Shown here one piece after another: positions 54,138-64,000 of a stretch of 64,000 nucleotides of DNA; positions within the stretch are counted from its first letter, which is position 1; the number at the start of each line of letters is the position of its first letter. Origin of the DNA: Spironucleus salmonicida (Eukaryota); the NCBI RefSeq assembly GCF_000497125.1, contig NC_090603.1:620001-684000 (forward strand). Reading direction: 5' to 3'. The notes beneath the pieces were generated by a model, which saw only the letters and a program-made list of their open reading frames with translations, was not told the origin of the DNA and did no database searches. A program made the position numbers and the translations under genes.

Positions 54138-57100
54138 TCACAGCATGGCCTCCTCGAGCAGTCTTTACACCTCTTCATACTGCTTCGCTAGTGCGTCCAT
54201 ATTGTCCAAATTAAGATGCTAAATGTCAATTTCTATAGGTTTAACTTAATTTTTGGTTATTTTCTGAGTCTGAGCATATCCATCATGGAAGTAGATAGGC
54301 TCTGTCTACTAGCACTGGTATTCTATCTATTATAGCGGCTTTTCGACCGTTTCATCCTCAGAAAGTAGCGAGTTATCGAAAATTGATCGGCTCTAGGAGT
54401 CTTGAGTCTGCTCGTCCGAATGGCTAACACTCGAGTTGTACATTCCTGGGTTCCGCAGGCTACTGCTTTTAGGAAACTGCGAGGTTGTTGCAAACGACAT
54501 TTTACGTTTTGGCTCTTTTGGGCATATTATTATATCTTTATCAATAGCTGATAGGATGCTATCGTTGAGATTGTTGTTGATATATGCAGCATCTATTACC
54601 TAATTGGTTGTATACATGTCATTTTAGTATACAACAGTAGAACTGCGATGTGATTTTTGTTTTAAAATTGGTATTGGATCTGGTAAGTCGTTACGATACA
54701 AGTTCATGGAAGCATTGAGCAGGTCCTGCCTCTGGGAGTTCATGGAAGCATTGAGCAGGTCCTGCCTCTGGGGGTTCATGGACTGGTTCGGGATATCCTG
54801 CCTCTGGGGGTTCATGGACTGGTTCGGGATATCCTGCCTCTGGGAGTTCATGGACTGGTTCGGGATATCCTGCCTCTGGGGGTTCATGGAAGCATTAAGC
54901 AGGTCCTGCCTCTGGGAGTTCATGGAAGCATTGAGCAGGTCCTGCCTCTGGGGGTTCATGGACTGGTTCGGGATATCCTGCCTCTGGGAGTTCATGGAAG
55001 CATTGAGCAGGTCCTGCCTCTGGGGGTTCATGGAAGCATTGAGCAGGTCCTGCCTCTGGGGGTTCATGGAAGCATTGAGCAGGTCCTGCCTCTGGGGGTT
55101 CATGGAAGCATTAAGCAGGTCCTGCCTCTGGGGGTTCATGGAAGCATTGAGCAGGTCCTGCCTCTGGGGGTTCATGGAAGCATTAAGCAGGTCCTGCCTC
55201 TGGGAGTTCATGGAAGCATTAAGCAGGTCCTGCCTCTGGGGGTTCATGGAAGCATTGAGCAGGTCCTGCCTCTGGGGGTTCATGGAAGCATTAAGCAGGT
55301 CCTGCCTCTGGGAGTTCATGGAAGCATTGAGCAGGTCCTGCCTCTGGGGGTTCATGGAAGCATTAAGCAGGTCCTGCCTCTGGGAGTTCATGGAAGCATT
55401 GAGCAGGTCCTGCCTCTGGGGGTTCATGGAAGCATTAAGCAGGTCCTGCCTCTGGGAGTTCATGGAAGCATTAAGCAGGTCCTGCCTCTGGGGGTTCATG
55501 GAAGCATTGAGCAGGTCCTGCCTCTGGGGGTTCATGGAAGCATTAAGCAGGTCCTGCCTCTGGGGGTTCATGGAAGCATTAAGCAGGTCCTGCCTCTGGG
55601 GGTTCATGGAAGCATTAAGCAGGTCCTGCCTCTGGGAGTTCATGGAAGCATTAAGCAGGTCCTGCCTCTGGGGGTTCATGGAAGCATTAAGCAGGTCCTG
55701 CCTCTGGGGGTTCATGGAAGCATTAAGCAGGTCCTGCCTCTGGGAGTTCATGGAAGCATTAAGCAGGTCCTGCCTCTGGGGGTTCATGGAAGCATTAAGC
55801 AGGTCCTGCCTCTGGGGGTTCATGGAAGCATTGAGCAGGTCCTGCCTCTGGGAGTTCATGGAAGCATTAAGCAGGTCCTGCCTCTGGGGGTTCATGGAAG
55901 CATTGAGCAGGTCCTGCCTCTGGGGGTTCATGGAAGCATTAAGCAGGTCCTGCCTCTGGGGGTTCATGGAAGCATTAAGCAGGTCCTGCCTCTGGGAGTT
56001 CATGGAAGCATTGAGCAGGTCCTGCCTCTGGGGGTTCATGGAAGCATTGAGCAGGTCCTGCCTCTGGGGGTTCATGGAAGCATTGAGCAGGTCCTGCCTC
56101 TGGGGGTTCATGGAAGCATTGAGCAGGTCCTGCCTCTGGGAGTTCATGGACTGGTTCTGGATATCCTGCCTCTGGGGGTTCATGGACTGGTTCTGGATAT
56201 CCTGCCTCTGGGAGTTCATGGAAGCATTAAGCAGGTCCTGCCTCTGGGAGTTCATGGACTGGTTCGGGATATCCTGCCTCTGGGGGTTCATGGACTGGTT
56301 CTGGATATCCTGCCTCTGGGAGTTCATGGAAGCATTAAGCAGGTCCTGCCTCTGGGAGTTCATGGACTGGTTCGGGATATCCTGCCTCTGGGAGTTCATG
56401 GAAGCATTAAGCAGGTCCTGCCTCTGGGGGTTCATGGACTGGTTCTGGATATCCTGCCTCTGGGAGTTCATGGAAGCATTAAGCAGGTCCTGCCTCTGGG
56501 AGTTCATGGACTGGTTCGGGATATCCTGCCTCTGGGAGTTCATGGAAGCATTAAGCAGGTCCTGCCTCTGGGGGTTCATGGACTGGTTCGGGATATCCTG
56601 CCTCTGGGGGTTCATGGACTGGTTCTGGATATCCTGCCTCTGGGAGTTCATGGAAGCATTAAGCAGGTCCTGCCTCTGGGAGTTCATGGACTGGTTCGGG
56701 ATATCCTGCCTCTGGGAGTTCATGGAAGCATTAAGCAGGTCCTGCCTCTGGGAGTTCATGGAAGCATTGAGCAGGTCCTGCCTCTGGGAGTTCATGGACT
56801 GGTTCTGGATATCCTGCCTCTGGGAGTTCATGGAAGCATTGAGCAGGTCCTGCCTCTGGGGGTTCATGGAAGCATTGAGCAGGTCCTGCCTCTGGGGGTT
56901 CATGGAAGCATTGAGCAGGTCCTGCCTCTGGGAGTTCATGGAAGCATTGAGCAGGTCCTGCCTCTGGGGGTTCATGGAAGCATTGAGCAGGTCCTGCCTC
57001 TGGGAGTTCATGGAAGCATTGAGCAGGTCCTGCCTCTGGGAGTTCATGGAAGCATTGAGCAGGTCCTGCCTCTGGGGGTTCATGGAAGCATTGAGCAGGT

Positions 57101-59234
57101 CCTGCCTCTGGGAGTTCATGGAAGCATTGAGCAGGTCCTGCCTCTGGGAGTTCATGGACTGGTTCGGGATATCCTGCCTCTGGGGGTTCATGGAAGCATT
57201 GAGCAGGTCCTGCCTCTGGGGGTTCATGGAAGCATTGAGCAGGTCCTGCCTCTGGGGGTTCATGGACTGGTTCGGGATATCCTGCCTCTGGGAGTTCATG
57301 GAAGCATTGAGCAGGTCCTGCCTCTGGGAGTTCATGGACTGGTTCGGGATATCCTGCCTCTGGGAGTTCATGGAAGCATTAAGCAGGTCCTGCCTCTGGG
57401 AGTTCATGGAAGCATTGAGCAGGTCCTGCCTCTGGGGGTTCATGGAAGCATTAAGCAGGTCCTGCCTCTGGGAGTTCATGGAAGCATTGAGCAGGTCCTG
57501 CCTCTGGGGGTTCATGGAAGCATTAAGCAGGTCCTGCCTCTGGGAGTTCATGGAAGCATTGAGCAGGTCCTGCCTCTGGGAGTTCATGGAAGCATTGAGC
57601 AGGTCCTGCCTCTGGGAGTTCATGGAAGCATTGAGCAGGTCCTGCCTCTGGGGGTTCATGGAAGCATTGAGCAGGTCCTGCCTCTGGGAGTTCATGGAAG
57701 CATTGAGCAGGTCCTGCCTCTGGGGGTTCATGGAAGCATTGAGCAGGTCCTGCCTCTGGGGGTTCATGGAAGCATTAAGCAGGTCCTGCCTCTGGGGGTT
57801 CATGGAAGCATTAAGCAGGTCCTGCCTCTGGGGGTTCATGGAAGCATTAAGCAGGTCCTGCCTCTGGGAGTTCATGGAAGCATTAAGCAGGTCCTGCCTC
57901 TGGGAGTTCATGGAAGCATTGAGCAGGTCCTGCCTCTGGGGGTTCATGGAAGCATTGAGCAGGTCCTGCCTCTGGGGGTTCATGGAAGCATTGAGCAGGT
58001 CCTGCCTCTGGGAGTTCATGGAAGCATTGAGCAGGTCCTGCCTCTGGGGGTTCATGGAAGCATTGAGCAGGTCCTGCCTCTGGGAGTTCATGGAAGCATT
58101 GAGCAGGTCCTGCCTCTGGGGGTTCATGGAAGCATTGAGCAGGTCCTGCCTCTGGGGGTTCATGGAAGCATTGAGCAGGTCCTGCCTCTGGGAGTTCATG
58201 GAAGCATTAAGCAGGTCCTGCCTCTGGGAGTTCATGGACTGGTTCGGGATATCCTGCCTCTGGGAGTTCATGGAAGCATTGAGCAGGTCCTGCCTCTGGG
58301 AGTTCATGGAAGCATTGAGCAGGTCCTGCCTCTGGGAGTTCATGGACTGGTTCGGGATATCTTATAAATTTTACAATTAAGAATTTCCTTACTCATATAT
58401 AAGATTTCCATATCTACTAGAAATATCATTCGGCTTAACATAATTATTAGTATATCCAAGTTCTTATGCTATATTATAGTTCTATTAAGTATAGTTTGAT
58501 AACTGTTCCTTATGATTTGTTGTCATCTTAGTTGAGAACTAAATATCTTTTACACTATTTCTCTAACCCATATGTTAATCGAATTATTATATTTGTTAAA
58601 CTAATGGAGTTAAATCACAATCCATGTCTATATTTCCAGGTTATTCAATTAACTCTTCCTAAACTCCTAATGTCTTTTCATTCAAGTTAACAATTTTATT
58701 ATTAAGGTTATCGATATACTAGCTTTATAGGTTCTTAATTTATTATTCAGCTAGAATTATTTACTATTAATTTGATTAAATTATATTAGAAGAGTTAATT
58801 TTTACAATAGTAGATTATGTCTGCAAATCATGATACGAATCGCTGAAAGCAAAATTTCGCTCAGCGCAATAATATCGATGTGGTTGTAATTATTTAAATA
58901 CATTTATTGCGTTATGTTATATAGAAGGTGATGGTATTAGTCGTTCACGATTTTTAATAAAGTCCTCTTTTTGAACCGCCTTGTTGCGCTGGATCTGCTG
59001 GCCGAGGCCGGAGGCTGCGTAGCGCTACCGCCAGGAGTTCGCTGAGTCCACGTGGGAGACCTTGCCGGGGGTGGGATAGGGCGCGTAGGCGAGGCTGCTC
59101 CGCCTGGGGTGCATTTTGGAGGACAGGAATTCTGGTATTGGGGGTATATAAGCGCCGTCTGGGAAGGAGTGGTCGCGGAGCACGCGGGTGGAGGGGTGCA
59201 GCTGGAGGCCCATGGGCACCCTGAGCCAGGCCAT
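54138..59234 (-). CDS. ~1698-aa protein with ~101 tandem 12-aa repeats M-N-[SP]-Q-R-Q-D-(LLNAS|IPNQS|IQNQS)
   Basis: Manual translation finds no TGA from 59420 to TGA 54140-54138; first in-frame ATG 59234 lies inside the GC-rich element; alternative ATG ~58625. Confidence 0.8.
54703..58361. repeat. coding minisatellite, 36-bp unit, ~101 copies
   Basis: Unit GGG(A/G)GTTCATGGAAGCATT(G/A)AGCAGGTCCTGCCTCT with alternative half-unit GACTGGTTC(G/T)GGATAT. Confidence 0.98.
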
Positions 59235-59420
59235 GCGGGTGAGCACCGACAGCCTCAAGAGCGCGGTGGACCCCAATCTGCGGGATCCAGCAAACACCCC
59301 ACGGCGACCCGATGGCGGGGGTGCAGTACACGCCCAGGGGAGGACCCAGCACAGTAAGGGACGGCCAGGACCTGCTCCACCAGGAAGCAGTACTGCGCAA
59401 CCAAACGAGAGATGAGACAC
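58950..59420 (-). mobile_element. GC-rich dispersed element, long copy (471 nt)
   Basis: GC island ending in TTTATTAAAAAT; a second, deleted copy at 48729..48922; no transposase or RT motif seen. Confidence 0.75.
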
Positions 59421-59653
59421 GATGACTGTGCTATTAGTGAGGGGAGTTAGGTAACCACAAGTCTAACTTAGGGATTACAATATTATATACCAGAACTTTA
59501 AATATAAATTTGACTAAATGAATATATAAAATCTGTATACTAGGAAACAAACTACTAATTTATTGAATATATCAATTTGGTTAAATTATATAAGCTACAA
59601 ATTATTTCATACAACTAAACAATATTTATATTAACATAATATTAATCTTTAAA

Positions 59654-60982
59654 TCATTAAACTTTATCATTGATTGTATTGTCAGATAAATCAATTTAGA
59701 TTTCACCGCTCAATGCTGGTGTTTCTAACATATTTTCAATCTAATTTTCATTACCTTGTAATATTTTCTCTTATCTATTTTTGAGCTAAACAACTTTCGA
59801 ATTATTAGCTAGTTAAAATCTTGATTTTGTGTTAAAATTTTAGTCTATGATGTAATTTTCAAGTTTGTAATATTTTTCTCGTCTTTGTTTCCAATATAGG
59901 GTGATAATAATACCGGCACCAACTAGCGAAATCAAGAAACAAAGCAAAAAACCAATAGTTAGCGATTTAATATCTTTGCTAGTAAGCTTATTTATATTTT
60001 CACAGTCTCCATTAATTATGCTTAGACCATTTATACAAACGGCACATTTATCAACCTCACCGTCATCGCAGTACTTACAGTTCGGTACAAAGCCGCACGC
60101 CCCACATTTACCGGAAATTGTTAAAAGTTGTTGCGGCTAATCGCACCTGTCACAGTAGCCTTTTCGAATAGAATACCCATTTTCGCAGGTGCCGCAGAAA
60201 TCTACAGCGGAGCAGGTCACGCAGTTCGAGACGTCGCAGGTGAAGAAGTTCTCGCAGTTCACGCCCGAGTAGCCGCGGATGCACTGGCAGACCGTGCCGG
60301 TGGGGGCCCGTGTGATGGACCCCTTCAGGTTGCAGGGACCGAACTCGGTGCCGGTGATGGGCTGGCACTCGTCGATGTTGAGCTACTTGAAGCCCAGGGC
60401 GCAGGTCGTGTCGCACTTGTAGCCCTTGCGGGGCACCTGGCAGGCCGTGCAGCGGAAGTTGAGGGCGAGGTCGACGCCGCACTCCTTGCAGTTCGTCTCG
60501 GAGCAGGGCACGCACTTCTTCTTGTACTAGAAATACCCGTCGTGGCAGATCTCGCAGGTAGTCTTGTCGGCTTTCCGGCACTCCCTGCAGTTGTAGACCG
60601 TGCAGGCTGGAAGCGCTACGCAGTTGAAGTCGACGTTCAGCTCGACGCAGGGGCACGCGAAGTCCCACTTGCTGTTGAACTTGCAGGCACCGATGCCGTT
60701 GCAGGGGGCCGCTTCGGAGCAGCTGGTGGCCTGGCAGGCGATCACGTTGAACTGCTTCTGTCCGTGTGGGCATGCCGTGTCGCACTTCCAGCCGGTGAAT
60801 GGTGGAAGGCAGAACTGACAGCTCTGATCTGTTCCTATGAGGAAGCAGCCGTTGCAGTTTGGGTTGTCGGTGCAGAACCTGCAGATTCCATCGTCATCGA
60901 GCGCGTACTTGTCTTTGCATACGGTGCAGATGTCCTTGTCTGTCGGACAGGTTATACAGCTTGGATCGTTACAATTATTCAT
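59654..60982 (-). CDS. cysteine-rich membrane protein (CRMP), copy 3 (442 aa)
   Basis: N-terminus and core as copy 2; TM SLTIGFLLCFLISLVGAGIIITLYW and tail KQRREKYYKLENY...IDLSDNTINDKVQ* related to copy 1. Confidence 0.92.
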
Positions 60983-63900
60983 TTTTAAATATAATTCCTT
61001 TTATATATTTTAGTAGTCTATACTTTAATGTTAGGTTTTAATCTTTATATATTACCTATTATATAAAAATAAATACTTTGTACCTAAGGTTTTCATTTAT
61101 CTCTCTTAATATTAATAAGAAATAAAAATTACAGTTCTATAAAAAACTAAAACAATCGTTATTATTTATTATTAAAAGTTAATAACAAAAATCAAAATAA
61201 ACAAATAGATTTAATGTGATATCATGTTATAATATTCTCATTTATTTTAACTTTTATTATTTAATCAGTAATTTAAATCCATTGACTTTATATTAAATTT
61301 ATTATAAAAATAATATAAGGTTGTAGATTATTTTACCTTCATGTATATAAACTATTACTTCAAAAGCTTCTTGTATAGGATTCCTGTCAAGTAAATATTA
61401 TTTTTTACTTATGAGCATAAAATTAATTTAATAATCACTTAAAAATTTTAAAATTATTTTATTTAGATTTCATTATTATTGTAGTGAAGCATATGTAAAG
61501 TATATTAATAAAAGCTCTTCTAATCCTATTAATTTATACTATTGTTTTTTTTAATTGATTTAATGATAATAACAAGCAGTTTATGGTTTTGAAAGGTTTA
61601 TTTTTTTCTGTAATTTTAAGGGAATTTTAAAATATTATAAAAATATTGTAAAAAATTTATAATACTTAAAAATGCTAAATCATTTTACATAAAAAATTTA
61701 AGTTATTCATACTATGCAAAACTTACTTAATGGAATTTAGTTTACTTATATTATTAAACATTGCTCAGAAAAATACTTCAACTATTTAGCATTAAAACAT
61801 ATCATTTTATAAAATTAATTATGATGTAGAATTTTTTGCAATAATAGCGTCATTAGCAATAGAATGATATTTATATAGCGTTTTTGATTTCATCCAACAT
61901 ATATTTTACATAAGTATTACATAAAAGTTTATTATTTGCTATAAAGTACTGATTTATTTTGTATTCGAAAATTAAATATATTTAATTAATAATTAAATAT
62001 AGCACTGTTATTAGGATGATTTTACTAAAAATAATATTAATTTGACCTAAATAAAATGATATACTATTGAAAATGTTAAAATTTTATTATGCATATGCTA
62101 TTTACTTTATCTATAATCGTATTGTGTCCGCTGCATTGTTTTTTTTGATAATTCGTACGGAGAACATCATTCTGTTGGTAATTTATGGCTATATCCACTC
62201 CTACTGTCAATATTTCTTCTACACTGCTGTTTCTATGAGGTTTTTTGCAGATTGGGGCTAGTTTTGTCTTAAAGTGCAGCATTCAACCAGTATTTACTTA
62301 CATGATTGTGTTAACTATTCTGGCTATCCACTCATTCTACATGGCTTTCTATGCAATGAATGTAGGCAGTTTGCTTATGTTAACACATAGTTATTTCAAA
62401 ACATACGCTGGTTCGGTAAGCGTGTTTAAGGATAATACGGTTACTAACCTGAAGTAGGTAACCATTTAGAAGCTGAACAACATATTCGACCTTATTGTGT
62501 AGGAAATTATCGATGCTAAATTCATCATAATTTTATACAATGCGGTTATAGGCTTTGCGGTCGTATCTGCTAGCGCTATAGTTTACATTTACTGGAAGTA
62601 GGTTTTTTAAAGCTTCAGACGACACCATAAAAACCCACGAAAATATTGATTATCATACATTGATGCGTTAATTGGTATAGGAGCACTCACATACAGAGTT
62701 CTCTTTTGCACGTTCTTCGCCAATACTGGCCAAGACTCAAGGATAGTAGAGTCCGCACCAGCCAACTGGTACCTCTGGAAATCACTGTCCACGTACAAGA
62801 TAAACGAGAATAGGCTATAGTCTCTGATTAGGGAAGAGCATTCGATGCCCCAGATTCTAAAGGACATATTCTATATTGACAATCGTGACGTAATACAATT
62901 TCCGTACTTCGTTGACTCCCGGGACGTTTATTGTAAATTTAGCGAATGCGAAGAGGAGGTAATGGCAGAATAAATGGTCGCTAAACAGGATATGCCCAAT
63001 AGCGTTCTCGTGATGATAGGGTCGTTTTCGGCCAATCTGCTCCTGTTGAAAGACTAGGACTTCTCGGAAGAGCAAAACGGAGGAGCCTTCAACGCAACCA
63101 CCATGCCGAATTTGGCCAGATTGAACGAGCTTGGCTCCACCAATATCGGGGTAAACTTCCCTGGCGGCCCCACCATTCTCGGCTGGTTCGGCATCGAGAC
63201 GGGGAATTTCCCCATCCGGCACGGAATCGGCATCACGTAGCAGCGTGGCAAGGATCACCTCACTCTAGCAAAGTTCTTTAATTATTTGGGCTACACGACC
63301 GCTTACACTTCGTCTGCCCCTCCAGAGTTCGATGCCAAGCATAACATACTGTACAATGGAGATTTCGAGAATGCGCAGTATTGCTGTCCCACCAAGGCCC
63401 CTTGGTTTGAGAACTTCACAAATTCAGACTGGGACGCGGATAGAATTACAAAGGATCAGTTTGAGCTCCAAATTTAGAATATTTCGACGCATTTCTTCGC
63501 GAACTGGTTCACTATTGACACGCACTCAAGCTAGTAGGTCTTCGACCAGCCTCAGTACTACGACGAAACGATAAGCCCTAAGTATGTCAAAATGACCAAC
63601 TATTTCGACAAGTAGCTCGGGAAGCTGGTTGCCTTCCTGAAGGGCAATCACTCCAACGCTATCATAGTGGTGATGGACGATCACGACCAGCGATACGCAA
63701 TTTCTCCATCGATGTGTTCGGGATGGGACACCGAATGCGCTAACAAGGCTGTCAGCGAAGACTATTTTGGAACTACCACTACTGAAGCATACATCGGGGA
63801 GGACAGTGCGCTACAGTAGCAGTTTAACCTGAATAAATCTACAATAAATTTTCTGACACGAATTCCTTCTTTCTGGCCTTTTAGCGGCAACTTACACGCT

Positions 63901-64000
63901 ACCTAAAGGTGCCGTTGGTGACGAAGCGTGTACCAACACCCGGATCTCTTACTCACAAAATTATCGAGCATCTGTCCACTAACATCACCAGAAGCTACTT
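60072..64000 (-). repeat. right arm of inverted segmental duplication (partner 34513..38445); runs off the window end
   Basis: Near-identical reverse complement, with a few SNPs and small indels. Confidence 0.95.
62056..64000 (+). pseudogene. disrupted LtaS/MdoB-like sulfatase-superfamily gene, copy B (core ORF 62845..63921; truncated by window)
   Basis: Same motifs as copy A; in-frame TGA 62647-49; GDH changed to DDH; N-terminal frameshifts differ from copy A. Confidence 0.75.

Noticed and set aside
54703-58361. CRISPR-like array (36-nt periodicity)
   Set aside because: Units are contiguous with no unique spacers, there are no cas genes, and the context is eukaryotic coding sequence.
54706-58380. 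1224-aa + strand ORF (MEALSRSCLWEF repeats)
   Set aside because: Antisense shadow of the stop-free 36-bp repeat; the minus frame extends into unique coding sequence on both sides.
1-64000. tRNA/rRNA genes, spliceosomal introns, transposase or reverse transcriptase ORFs
   Set aside because: None recognised by eye: GGTTCGA hits lie inside CDSs and ACTAAC hits lack adjacent splice sites. Dedicated scans were not possible.

Overview
AT-rich, gene-dense eukaryotic DNA with no introns evident, read with the non-standard nuclear code TAA/TAG=Gln and TGA as the only stop (table 6). TAA/TAG fall at conserved Gln positions in SMC2, so the supplied standard-code ORF track fragments nearly every gene. 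The code, the AGTGA signal overlapping many stops, tiny intergenic gaps, cysteine-rich membrane proteins (CRMPs) and small Myb proteins point to a hexamitid diplomonad, most likely Spironucleus (inference). Re-translated by hand, the window encodes a DHHC palmitoyltransferase, an SGF29-like tandem Tudor protein, two paralogous triple-RRM proteins, a TPR protein, a Tom40-like porin, SMC2, a TRIP4/RQT4-type C2HC5 zinc finger, a CPSF100-like protein, BBS5, DBP4/DDX10, three Myb-like proteins and several hypotheticals. The accessory structure is the most interesting part. (i) Three CRMP genes share a near-identical GC-rich core but carry mix-and-match 5' ends and TM/tails, in alternating orientation. 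(ii) A >=3.9 kb inverted duplication (disrupted LtaS/sulfatase gene, spacer and CRMP 5' part) ends inside the CRMP coding sequence. (iii) A ~1,700-codon ORF holds ~101 copies of a 12-aa repeat, and its first in-frame ATG lies inside a GC-rich dispersed element that also occurs as an internally deleted copy. (iv) There is a 149-nt MITE-like imperfect palindrome. All coordinates come from manual translation and all family calls from motif recognition, not database searches.
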